A stretch of 64,000 nucleotides of DNA from Auanema rhodensis (lineage: Eukaryota; Animalia; Nematoda): positions 15,376,001 to 15,440,000 of the forward strand of contig OZ059896.1 of the NCBI GenBank assembly GCA_964057225.1. The letters are read 5' to 3'. Under the pieces are notes generated by a model. That model made no database searches. It had not been told where the DNA came from and saw only the letters and a program-made list of their open reading frames with translations. Below, piece after piece: positions 13,445 to 26,400 of this stretch; position 1 is the first letter of the stretch; each line of letters begins with the position of its first letter. The position numbers and the translations under genes are program-made.

Positions 13445-16400
13445 ATGGATCCGATCAATGATGCGAGGTTTTATGAATCGCTCATTAAATTACCACGTCA
13501 GAGGACCTCTGAGGTAATCTAATTTAACAGAAAAAATCCAAAATATTTTTGTACAAATTCAGGATATTCAAAATATTTATAAGCATTTGCGACAATTAGA
13601 AATGTTTACAAATTTGTATGATGGACCACTTAAAGCAATATGTGCATCTGCAAGATATGAAAGGCACGCAGCTCATCATGTTCTCTTTAGGTTTGTGAGA
13701 AATGAACTATAATGGATTTCGATTAAAACATTCGCATATACCCCTGCGCAATTTACGATTTTCGTTTTCAGAGAGGGACAAGTTGCAACCTGTTGGTATA
13801 TTTTATTATCAGGTTCAGTATTGATAGATCAGAAACTATGTATACCTTATGGATGGTTCGTTTTATTTATTTATTTTTATAACAGTTTTTAATTATTCGC
13901 ACCCCCTCTTTGCATAGAAATTAATAGTATCTTAGCTTATCATTGCTATTTCATGAAATTTATATTTTCGCTCCAATTAATCGAACTGTTTCGCTTGGGT
14001 CGTTTCCAAATTTTAGTGTTTAGAAACCCTCGTATATGATATCTGGCCTGGTTGGTTATCCATTTCTTCCCAGCGCTAATCATTTGTATATCGTCCTTTC
14101 ACTAGTCAGCCGTGACCCATTTTGATACCTTCTTGATCAACACTGATGTGATTAGTCTTCTGAATTCTAAATCTATTATCATGAATTCTGAAATATTGCA
14201 TAGTGACTCAACTTGTGAGAACTATTGTGAACAGTTTCCGGATGATTTTCTATCCCCAACCATAATTTCTATCAACGATACTGATGATTTTGAATATGTA
14301 ATCTTTAGGTACTGAGTTAAGTTCTTTGTTTTTTTAAGACAAAACTAAATTTAAATTATATATATTTTTACGTTTATTTATGTTTTTGCTTTTGTTTAGC
14401 TTTGGCAAGCGCAATCCTCTCAACCACAGAAGATCACAAGATTGTATATGTTTTCAGGAATCAGAAATGATAGTGGTAAGTCATTTTAATTATTTTATAC
14501 TTTTTATTATGTTATTTTGTATTCATTTCACAAATTATCTTTTTTCTTATCATCAGTGTTAAATTTTCAATATTTTTGTCTTATTTTTGAGTTGTGATAT
14601 TTATTTTGTTTACTTACTTTTTGAGATTTCTTTTAAGTAATTCTATTCATTCTTCACTATTCAGTTAGTTTTACTATAGAGTTTATCGTATTTCATTTTG
14701 TTCAACGCTTGTCTTTTCTTAGAACATGCAATCGCTAAGTTAATGACTCCCTTAATAGGGGAGAAGGGTTGGGGGTTCCAGCTTAAGGCATCACGCGAGC
14801 GGTTTAAGCAGCCTTACTAAAACAGCTTAGAAACGCCTAGTTTAGTCAACTGTTTGGTGTTCACAACCTTTTGATTTCTTTTTCATTCAATATCATTATT
14901 TATATTCCCATAGTAATTAGGAGTTCATGTTTTTATGAGCATATCCCTAGGCGGATTGCGGCAAATCCCATTAGTGTTCATCTATTTTTATAGTTTTTCA
15001 TTATTTAACATTACTCTCAATTCCAGATTGATTATCCTGACGTTGCTCAGAGTACTAATAGTGCACGCACATCTTCCTCAAAAAATCGTGTGTCAGTTCA
15101 TTCCCTAGATTCGGATGCATCAATAATGCCTCCACCACCTCTTCCTCCACCAAGACCTCCAAGGTTACCACCTAATAAGCGACCTACGCCACCGCCAAGG
15201 GTTTTCCCACGGTAAGTGTTTTGTAACATTAACTATTGTTATTTTCTTTTTGTTACAGAAATTATGTAAACGATTTTCCTGTTGATTTCCCATCTACTTC
15301 TGATTTTGCGATTGAGATCGATAATCACAAGAGCCAGGTGATAAACAGTCATAAATAAAATTTAATAGGTATTAAAAAACGTTCAGGTTTATTTAAACGG
15401 TCATTGTGGTGATGAAGATACTCTTGTTCGTGTAAAACACACAAGAGAGAAAAGTAATTCGATTGATAGTTCACACAGTAGTGCGGCACAAAGACGAAGA
15501 TGGGTTCGAAGGTAGAATATTTTTTTCAATTATTTTTTCATTTTTATTTTTATCTACAGTACTGCATCCTCTACTACAACCGAAGCAGAGGAATTAGGCG
15601 GCGAACCTGTGGATTCCGATGAAGATGATGATGGATCATGTCCCTCTCATGAAAGCTTTATTGACTTACGTGATTCTGTTAGGGAGTGCCTTGAAAAAGA
15701 ACCTTCTGAAAGAACTGCCGAAGATCTTGGTGTTTTACTGGTAAGAGTACATTATGCTTAGCACCACTGAACCTGTTATCTTTAGGATTTCATGCAACAT
15801 ATGTCAGCTTTCGCAGCATTGCCTATGTCTATAAGAAAGCAGTTATGTCATAAAATGGTTTTCGCTGTTGTAAATGATGCCGGTACTGTTGTAATGCACC
15901 ACAATGAAAGACTTGATGCTTGGTAAAAATGTTCATTTGTTTTCTAAATGGCATTATTCATCGTTTTAGGTCTGTTATTGTGAATGGATTAGTTGAAGTA
16001 GTAAAACCAAATGGGGAACGCGTGGAATATAAGCTTGGAGACTCCTTTGGAGCTGAGCCCGTTCCAGTTGCTCAATTTCATGTAGGAGAGATGAAGACTT
16101 TAGTGGATGACTGTGAGTTTGTTCTAGTAGAGCATAAGGTAATTCCATTTTTTAAAAAAATAATTAAATTTAACATTGAAGGATTTCTGCTATATCATGT
16201 CGACTGTATCAGAACATATTGAGAAAGATAGGGATGGCACTACAGGTGAAGTTACCGCAGAACATGAGAGAAGAACACTGGGTGGCCAAAGTGGAGCAGT
16301 TTTAATCAAAGCGAAGGTTGGAATTTTTGCTAATTTCATTACCAACTAATTTCTTTTTAGCCAGATAGATTGATTCAACATCTAGTCGAGGATCGTGATA

Positions 16401-19400
16401 AGAGTTTAGATCCACATTATGTGGAAGATTTTTTGTTAACATATCGAGTTTTTGTACAAGATCCAACTCAGATATTTGAGAAGCTTATGCTTCTTTTTGC
16501 TGATAGTCAATATCGGGATAAAGTGAATTTTCCCTTTTAATTGCTTTTATTTATGTCTTTCTTATAGGTCGCTCGTGTATTTTTATTATGGGTTAATAAT
16601 CATTTTAACGATTTCGAGACTAATGATGATATGATGAAGCTGCTGGACAGGTAATTTATAGCTTTTTCCTGTTTGTTTCTGATCGTCATGTTTCAGATTC
16701 GAAGGAGCGCTAGAACGTGATGGCATGAACAGTCAGCAAAGTTTGTTGAATATTGCTCGTTCTGTTAAAGCAAGACCACGAACTATCAGTTATAGAAGAG
16801 GCAATAAGGTAAATATGATCTTGAACAATATTTTTGTATTAGTGAATTATTTAAAGGATGAGGTTCTTAACTTTACTATGGCTGGTGGAAAAGATATGGG
16901 AGTCGGAGTTTTCATTTCGTCTGTTGCCGTTGATACTCCAGCGGAAAATGCCGGACTCAAACGTGGTGATGAAATCTTAGAACTTAATGGTCAAACTGTA
17001 AAGTTTATCACTACGTCCAGGGCTGAAGAGCTTTTAACTGTAAGAATTTTCCATTTAATAAATATTTTATTGTTATTTTCAGGGATCTCTTGCTGTAAAT
17101 ATGATTGTAAAAAGCAATATATTTGGATATAAAGAATTAGTGGAAAGAACTGAAAGAGATAACGGGCCTAAGACTCGAACAATGTCATTAGCTGGTGCTT
17201 TGAACCATTCTAGAAATAGTATTCCTTCAGTTATACCTGTAAAAGTACCACCAAGAATACCGGGTTAGATCAAGTTAATTTTACACTATTCATTATAATT
17301 TTTTAGGTAATAAAACCAGTATACTGATGGATAAGATATGGACTATTTTAAAACCTTCAAAAGACGATGATTTCACAGATGAGACTCGGAATAATTCAAC
17401 TGAGCTACGCTCTAGCAGATCTAATCCCGACATTGCATCTTTATCTCAGTACTATGGTCCTGTAAAAAGTGAATGTCCAGAGCATGCTTTGAAGATATAT
17501 AGGTATTTATACATATTTTTTAGTCCCACAGTTTTGTTCAATCTTATAGAAGCGATCAAACCTCGAAGTTCTTAGCTGTTTATAAAGAGACAACTGCTCA
17601 AAATGTTGTGCAATTAGCTCTTCAAGAATTTGGAATGACCGCTGAAGGAAGTTTAGAATGGTCGCTTTGTGAATGCACGGTTACTGAAGATGGTGTTATT
17701 AAACAACGTCGATTACCACCACAATTAGAGAACTTAGCCGAGAGAATAAGTTTAAACAGCAGGTTTGTTAACATTATGAACACAAAATATTAAATATTAT
17801 GTTTTAAGATATTATTTGAAAAATAACAACCGATCTGATCCTTTGGTTCCTGATGATTTGGCACCCGAAATTTTAAAAGATGCTCAATCAACCCTATTAA
17901 TGTTGAATGCTCATGTAAGTTCTTTTGCTGGATTACTTTGTCTTTGATTTTAATTCCTATTTTTCTATCGACAAGTGATCGCATGTAAATCAAAATTAAA
18001 ATTCAATTTATATCACTTAACATGCGCGGTTGTGGGCTCCTCGTGTTTATTGAAAAAAAAAGTTCATCGTTTTTTGTTCAAGGTTGTTGCTGCTCAACTT
18101 ACCCTTCAAGATTTTAATGTATTCTCTTCAATTGAACCAACGGAGTATATCGACAATCTTTTCCAATTAACATCAAGGTTTTGTTATTATTACTTAATTT
18201 TCCTCAATAAATATTTTCTTAGATATGGATCACCTCGACTTCAGGAATTCGAAAAACTTTTCAATCGTGAAATGTGGTGGGTCGCAACCGAAATCTGTTC
18301 GGAGCGCGGTTTACAAAAACGATCTAAACTTGTTAAAAAATTTATCAAGATTGCAAGGTAGTTATTGTTTTGTTTTGCATTGTCATTGTACGATATTTAG
18401 GCATTGCCGAGAATTAAGAAATTTTAATTCTATGTTTGCTATTATGAGTGGATTGGATAAACCCGCAGTTCGAAGGCTACACAGTACATGGGAAAGGGTA
18501 TCAGGGTATGATAAAGTTATATAATTTTGCTTGTAAACTTCATTATATATAGGAAATATTTGCGTATGTTGGAAGATATACAACAACTTGTCGATCCATC
18601 CAGGAATATGTCGAAATACAGGCAACATCTAGCAAATGTTTCACAAGATCCACCCGTATGTCTAAGCAGTTTAAGACGTAATTGTTTTTCTCATTTTCAG
18701 GTTGTGCCCATTTATCCAGTAATAAAAAAGGATTTAACTTTCACTCATGAAGGAAATCCTACATATGTTGATAAACTAGTTAACTTCGAAAAACTTCGAT
18801 TAATTGGTAAAGCTGTTCATTCTGTGACTAAGTTAAGTAGCGTTCCATACGAATTATCCAGCATGGCTGAGCGGGTGAGTAATAAAATTAAACATTTTCT
18901 TTTTATTATCTAATCATTATTTTTAGAGTGGAGGCACTATAAACGATGCTTTACTTCATATGAATAATTTTGAAAATGGTAACGTTGCTACTATGCGCAA
19001 AGGGGGTCGACCGGTTAATCAAAATAGAAAAAAGGTTTTTCAGTAATTTTTTCCTATTTATAGCTATAATTTAGATATATGAACAAGCATTAATGGTTAG
19101 GAAAGTCAAAGCTTATCTTTCGGATATGAAAGTTATCGACCATGAAACTGAATTAGACAAGCTTAGTTACGAAATAGAACCAGCCCAGCCAACTGTTCGA
19201 ACACGTAGAGCACCTAGTCCTTCACCATCCTCACTGTCTTCACAGTCAACGGGATCAACATCCACCGATCAGAGGCGAATAATGGGAGCTAAGTTTGGCG
19301 TTGAATCACCTCAAGCTGTACAAAAAATGTTTTCATTGGTATCTTCAACTAAATTTAAAGGTATAACCTTTTCTATAAAAATTTCGAATAATTTTTAAAT

Positions 19401-20179
19401 TTAGGTGTTCCATCACCATCCTCTTCGCCAGCTTCGGGACGTCTTCATCGAAATGTTCCCAGAGTTACTCCACGTCATCCTTCGACATCATCTGTTCACC
19501 GTACACCTTCTTTCAAACAAGAAGCTGTCGATCTAAATTCAGAAACTAGTTCAGTAACTAATTTCCATGGAAGAGGTTAGTATTTCTATTCCGTTGAATA
19601 TTCTTCAAAAGCAATCGGTTATATTTGGAACAAAAATATGAGCATCATATCTTTCAGACGTATTGATTTGATTCAAGACGTGAGCAGTTTAAAATAAATT
19701 CAGATCTAGGTAAAGTGCAGTTAATTTATGTTCGCTAATATACTAACTGCACGTGATTCGGGTGTGAGCATGATTTTACTAACAAAAACTTCTACTAACA
19801 CTTTCTTTTTGCAACTTTAGTGTTTGCTTCTTATTCTGCTTCATTTCAGACAAGACTCCAATGTCATCAGGATGCTCTTCGCCTAATTCATTATATCGCA
19901 AAAAAATAAAAAAGTAAGCCATTTTTGTTGGAAGTTTAGTTACGCTTTTTTCTTCAGTTCTAATTTTCAACCAAGTCGATCATCTTATCCAGCTGGTAAT
20001 GGAGGTGTTCTTCTTGGTCACCGAATTGTACCTCATTTTAAGCCATCCAATGGAGTGCCTTTAAGAGAACATACTTTAAGTGCAATTGCAGATAGTAAGT
20101 TTTCCGCTGGAACTTAACGCTTACCCTTTGTTGTGTTTCAGAAACTCTTTTATCATCTGAACAAGTGTCTCGAGTTTAG
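13445..20179 (+). CDS. pxf-1: PDZ-domain Rap guanine nucleotide exchange factor (RAPGEF2/6 ortholog); many exons
   Basis: Two cNMP-binding-like regions (EGQVATCWYILLSGSV; SVIVNGLVEV), REM, PDZ (GVFISSVAVDTPAENAGLKRGDEILELNG), RA (QLALQEFG...GVIKQRRLP), CDC25 GEF (EMWWVATEIC, NFNSMFAIMSGL, DPSRNMSKYR, LVNFEKLR). C-terminus EQVSRV-stop is a class I PDZ ligand. Confidence 0.95.
14181..14308 (+). CDS. pxf-1: Putative alternative first coding exon of pxf-1
   Basis: ATG-initiated 42-codon ORF (MNSEILHSDSTCENYCEQFPDDF...) in a long intron, ending AG|gtactg in phase 2, the same phase needed by the downstream exon at ~14400. Confidence 0.5.
19658..19709 (+). other. pxf-1: Putative pxf-1 cassette exon (52 nt with in-frame stop, or 6-nt microexon 19704-19709)
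   Basis: Acceptors CTTTCAG (ends 19657) and AATTCAG (ends 19703); donor AG|gtaaag at 19710. Flanking exons are both phase 1. Confidence 0.55.
19741..19799 (+). promoter_or_regulatory. Intronic splicing-regulatory cluster (3x TACTAAC, TGCACG, GGTGTG, GCATG)
   Basis: TACTAAC at 19741, 19777 and 19793; TGCACG 19748; GGTGTG 19761; GCATG 19768. Confidence 0.65.
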
Positions 20180-20815
20180 GCTTATTACGCTTCTCTCTCC
20201 AAGATACGTGTATTATTACGGCTTCGACTTTATTTGCTACATATGTGATATCTTAAATTACTCTATATATTCATATATTTTTCTATGATTTTTTAAACAT
20301 TCAGTTCTTTTTATATAATTTTCTGTATACAATAGTAACAGTTTATGAATACACGAGGTGCTCTTATTTTCTTTATCCAAACATAGCTTAAATTCACTTC
20401 TTTGTATACAATCTGTGATTTTATTTTCTATTTATGCTTATCATCACTTGTTTACTTATTTTCTGTGACATATACTAATCTCTTGCCTTGCCATATATGG
20501 CATAATAATGTGGCATAATTTTCTATAATCTCGAAATAGTTCCCAATTTTGATGATTTCTATACGGTGCTTGTCATGTTTTTCAGGTTTTTATACGATGG
20601 CATAATAGAACTTTGTTTCTATTTTTACATCATCTCATGCATGCATTTCAGTTTGTACTTAGTAACTTGCTCAAATTGTGGTTAGCATTTGATATATACC
20701 AAAGAGATATAAATATTTTATTATTCGAGTTTAGTTAGTTATATGGTTTTCTGACCTCCTTATATCATCATGACCACAAAACTCTCAATGATCCTAATAT
20801 GATTCACAGATCGAG

Positions 20816-22526
20816 ATGGTCGGTGTTCACAAAATTATCAGCAGACTGAATCCTACAAACAGTGTGTTGTTTGTTTGTGATTTACAGGAAAAGTTCAGGT
20901 TGAAAAGATTTAGAAAAAATGCTTAAATACAAGTTCTTAATTTGCAGTAAGACTATCAAGTATTTTCCTGAAATTATTACAACTACAAAGAGATTGGTTG
21001 ATGCTTCTCGTATTTTGGGCATGAAAACTGTTGTAACTGAGCAGTATCCTAAGGGTCTTGGTCATACTGTTTCTGAGCTCGGAATTGACTCTAACGTCAC
21101 TCCAATCTACGAGAAGACCAGAGTAAAATTTGCAAAAAATATACAAATATTCTAACTTATGATTCAGTTTTCTATGTGTCTTCCTCAAACTGATACATTA
21201 TTAAGTCAATCGAAGAGCGTCATTTTGTGCGGAATTGAAGCTCATGTATGCATTCTGCAAACAACCTATGACCTTCTGGAGAGAGGCCTTGAAGTTCATA
21301 TTGTTGTCGATGCCGTAAGCAGTCGTTCTCTTACCGATAGGTACGTTTGCAACATTCAAAACGGTGATTTCAAATAAAAAAGAACCAATTCCACGGTGAT
21401 TCAGCCCAGCTGTTCATCATTACAAAGAAAAAACCAAAAAAGGTCACGTGTCACGTGAAAGTGATAGTTAACCCCTCATTCCCCATTTTCATTGTTGAAC
21501 GCACGTGAACCGGTTACATTACTTCGAAATGTTCCTCTCGTTCCTCTTTGCCCTGTGCCTCGTTAATTCACAATTCGCTTTTTGATCCTACCTAAATAAT
21601 GTTTTCTCCGAATATTCTTTCGAATTGACCCTGATAAGGGATTTAAAACTGAGTTCGATGCCAAATCACGTGTACAAGTCGGATAAAAAAATAGCGATCC
21701 CCTTCCATTTCTAAAATTTGTTGACTCTTTGTCTGCTCTGTGGCGCCAGCATGTTCTTCACATTGTGTATCATAGCTCTCCGCTGTTTTCACGGGCCTTA
21801 AGAATTCTGAATGTCTCCTACGTTTACCACGTATTCATCTCCTCTTTTTTGTCAATTCAACCATCTTGTCCACATTATCATTTGACTATGTTAACACAAA
21901 ACGTTCTGTTTCTTGTTTTCTCTTTGTTCTTTCCATTTCTCTATTATCGAACTAAGTTTACATACCCAGTTTTTGCTATACTTTGCTCAGGTATTAGTTT
22001 TTGATTAAGCAATCTATCTCAGCTTAGGATGATGCAATGATTTTCGGCTTACTGCAGATTATCACTCATGTTTTAGAGAAAAAGAAAATATTTTCCTCTA
22101 CTAACAGTAATTAGATATTTTTTTCTCAGAAAAAGATGAAAGAATACATTTGAACGTGTTATGATTATTGTTCTTGTACACTTAGCGCTAGTTGTTTTCT
22201 CAGTTTGAAGTAGCTGTCAGCTGATTATGACCGATTCTCGTCCTAGTGACCAGCACGTCATCTGTATTTACCGAATGGATTTTTGCTCCTCAATAAGCGC
22301 TTAAAGTCAAATCTGATAATTATATCTTCCTTATATAGAAAATGCTATCTTTAATTTCAGAAAATTTGCTTTCAAGCAATTGGAGAGGGCTGGAGCCATT
22401 CTGACTACTTCGGAATGTGTGATTCTGGGACTGGTTCAAGACTCTGCTCATCCTAAGTTCCGTGAAGTTCAAAAATTAATCATGACTTCTGCTCCTGATA
22501 CCGGTCTTGTGAATGCTAAAATCTAA
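20816..22526 (+). CDS. marb-1: Isochorismatase-domain protein (ISOC1/ISOC2-like); 4 exons
   Basis: LFVCDLQEKF, VVTEQYPKGLGHTV, FSMC...VILCGIEAHVCILQT, VHIVVDAVSSRS, TTSECVILGLVQDSAHPKF. Ends ...NAKI-TAA. Family call is firm; the symbol is recalled. Confidence 0.88.
21445..21672. promoter_or_regulatory. Cluster of four CACGTG E-boxes in the long last intron of the isochorismatase gene
   Basis: CACGTG at 21445, 21452 (tandem GTCACGTGTCACGTGA), 21502 and 21667. Confidence 0.5.
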
Positions 22527-23488
22527 ACAAGTAAAATGATGTTTCCCATTGTTTGCTCGAAAGTTGTATGCATTGGAAAGCCAGTCATTAGATGTTTTAT
22601 TGGTTATCTATTTTCCATCTAATTTAACATAAAGCATTGTAGGTAAATTGAGAATTTTATACAGGTTTATACAAAAAAACGACAAATAATTGTACAAAAA
22701 CAATAAAACCAAACTAATATGCAAGGTACCCACAAATAGGAATTCAGAAGTCCAGAACTTCATTCGTCTGGTATTAAACAACAAACATAACGGTGAGAAA
22801 TAGGTAGAGCTCAGCAAACGAGATATTAAGCTTAAAATAAATTCCAAATACATATTGCTATAGGGTAAACAAGTAAAATGAATCTGAATGAATGCAAGAA
22901 TGTAATTTAAAAGAAAAATGACAAATATGGTCATATACGAACATGGAACCTGGATTGTATTGTACAAATCAGAAAAGAGATACCCGTAAAATAGTTTCAG
23001 CCAGCCGAAAAAAATGAAGGAAATTACGAAATAGCTCGATTACGAAATAAAAAAGCTTACGGAGAGAGCAAATCGTAAAAGAAAAAGAAAAAACGGTCTA
23101 GACGTAGCTGAAACGAAATATGCAGATACTGTGTATGTGTGTGTATTTGTGCAAATCTAAGAAAGAAATGAAACTTGAACACAGTCTGGATCAGCTTGAT
23201 CATCAACATCATCTGTTTAGATATGAGTTAAAATAGAAAAAATAGTTTGTAAAGTGGTCAACTATGTGAATATGACTATATATACAACACGCAAGTGAGA
23301 AATTTAAAGAGAAAAAAATGATAAAAGAGGAGAGATCGTTTGTTCAACTAAGTACGCATGTGAATTAGAGAATATACAGTTCGAACTTAAACCTTTTTTT
23401 CTTTGAAATTTAAACTTGAACTTGAACGATTGATGACAAATCGTTTCATATACATAGTCGCCTTTTTTGGCGTTTTTGCTCTTAGAAA

Positions 23489-26400
23489 TTAGAAGAATGA
23501 TAGACGTCTATTAGCCAAACGGTTATGTGGCTTAATGCTTCCATAGTATCGTAGCAAAAAGTTGCGAACCTAAACAAGTACAAATTTGTTTGAAGGGTCG
23601 TTAAAAGATATGAAAGTACCTGACGTCTACTGAATTGGCCTCCAGAATGGCAAGTAGGGCAGAGGAAAGGAGGTGGGAACTGCATCTTAATATACTGAGG
23701 ATCTTCAGTTGCATCACCATGAAGGCGGTTGTTCACAATGTTGTGAGCTCGCCACAGGTATGTCATCATATCGTGTGGGTGACGAACCTAAAAATGAATA
23801 TGATCTCAGTAAGTGACTGAAGCATGATAGACTAACCCGTCGTTCGTTGAGTGGGAATAAAGTGGTTGTCATGTGCATAAAGTGATTCTTACAGTGTTGA
23901 CAACCAAAGTAATTTTTAACCCAACCCTAAAACGAAAAGCTTTATAAGCGGAAAAGTTTGAGCTGTAGAGATACCTGTATATCTCGAAGTGGCTTGATAG
24001 CATCAACATGATCATCCTTAATAGTATCAATGTATGTATGAACTGTTAAAGCATGGAATGTTGTCCATAATCCGCATGTATATCCTCTGGAAATTATATT
24101 TCATTAAACTTGTCTTTATTCTTTAACTTCATACCTGAACATGGGGTTACTTCCACGGCAATGTTGCCAAGTTGAATTAACTGGGAAAGGATTAGCATAG
24201 ACGCGCTAGAAATACATACGAACTTAGTTTAACACCTTTAAAGGGATATGACTTACCTCAACGTTCTCAAATTGACGTCTATAGTCTTCAACAGAAACCA
24301 TTCGCTGATCACGGCGGGATTCCAAATACTCTCTCATGTGTGTGAAGACCAAACGAGCACGCTCACTGCTTTTAAGAATCTGAAAATTAATCGTATATTA
24401 CTTGATGTTCATGTCAACTTTGCTTACAGTAGAAGATGTCCGTCTTCCACGAGTTCGGAGATCGTTCGAAAATGAAAGGACCGGGAAATGCTGTAATGAG
24501 CGGAGATGAGAACGCATAGTTAGAAGATATAACTTACATTTGATAATAGGGTCACGAAATCAGTAAGAGCCGTGAAGTTTTCACCTTGAATATATCCAGG
24601 AGAACGAATAACTTCATTGTAAATAGCCATATGCATAGCCTTAAGCATATCAGTCTCAGATACATAGTACAGTTCACGACAACTGAAATGAAAGAATTGT
24701 AACTTCAACTTCAAGTTTTTGTACTTCCAAAAATAGTCATTTGTTTGCTTAATCAAGATTAATTTTCACAGCCTTTTCTGCTTTTTTTGCGAATTTTATT
24801 TTGTATTTGACTGAATGTTCCACTAAATATTCTAACATAAGTCTATTTGCTGATGAGTGACAATACTAGAAATCGCTTTAAACTGTTTGCTTCACACTTA
24901 GTCCAGCATTTCTCCTCCCAATTTTTCCCTCATCACATCCTCACTACCAGCAGCTAGTTTATCTAATGATTAATATTTTTCAAGAGTTCAGCAAACAACT
25001 GAAACATTCACACCCTTGATGAGGACATTCAAACGGATATAAGAATAAATCTATTTTTTTTCTTATCAAAAAACAACAAGAAATTAAATTTTTCGCTCAT
25101 TTTCGTTGAGATAGTCTCGTCGACGAGCTTTGCGCGCAGTCAAAATTTGGAAACATTTCTAACACAAATACAAGTCGCGAAATTTAGTAAACGACATTTG
25201 AGCAAATAAGATGATTAAGAATCACTGTATAAGCTCTTCTTATCTATCCACTTATCGGCTAGCTATTTGTCTTTTCGTTGAAAGTATGTGACACTTTATG
25301 AAGTGGACAGACATGTTACACGTCTTTAATATTATTTTCTTATTTTTTCTACATACTATTGAAAATTAAAAATAAACATACCTTTCTGGATGTTTTTCAC
25401 AGTCAACGATTGGAGCTTTTGTAGTTGTTGTTGGACGAGGAGTAGTTGTCGTGAGCAACATAGCTGGAGGATTCTGGAACGAACTTCTTGAATCGGACAG
25501 GATGACGTTATCCAAATCCTTATAGGTACTGTTCGAGAATCTGAATGCACTGATATTAAGAAGAAAAAAGAGAGGTAACTACGAACCTTTGCATGTACAG
25601 AGCCTGTTGATGATCACGTCGGAAAAGAGCAACAGTAGGGAATTCACGAACTCGTAACATTTGTACCAAAGGTGAATTCGAGAGAGCTCTACGTGATCCA
25701 AGAATACTGCTTCGTGAAGACAGATCAAGAAGGAACTGGAATAGAGTTTGCAATTCATTGGAAGTTTTTGATATTCACGGAATACCTGACTTCCAACACC
25801 ATCATATTCTTCGAATATAATAGCCATATAATCAGCTGATTCAGCCACTCCTTCCCATAATTGACCATATGTGGTACGGCTATAACATTGAGTTTATACA
25901 TACTTGCTCAAGTTTTTGCCAAGTTTTAATACAAATTCAGTTCAGTAGTGAATTTGGGAATGAAAATACCAACCTGTCAACACCAATGTGGACAAAGTTT
26001 GGCCAATCCGGATAACGAAACCGATAATATTCGTTAGCTACGGTACGTAACAGAGATTCACGCATCTGTTCTGGAGAATGTGGTGTTTTCATTGACTTAG
26101 CTTCTTGAGCAGTTCGTGCAGATCGTGGATAATACTGAAACAATGAAACATGTTAACTTTCTATTTTGATTTTATTCTGTATGATCTGCCGATTGGTTTT
26201 TATTTAATTTTGTCTCTACTTTACTCAGAACAAATTTTCTCAGTTTCAATGATTTGAGTTGGATCAAAAACTGTATACATAACTTCAAACGATATTAAGG
26301 GGATACCCGCTCTAAGCTTTTTAGAAAAAAAATATCTTGTAGTTGTCGTCGAAACATCTCAACATGAATTGAAAAGCAAATAGTCTCAAGCTTTACGGAA

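Noticed and set aside
17975-17983. Possible 9-nt microexon in a 167-nt pxf-1 intron
   Set aside because: It would begin with an in-frame TGA and has a weak acceptor; no motif cluster.
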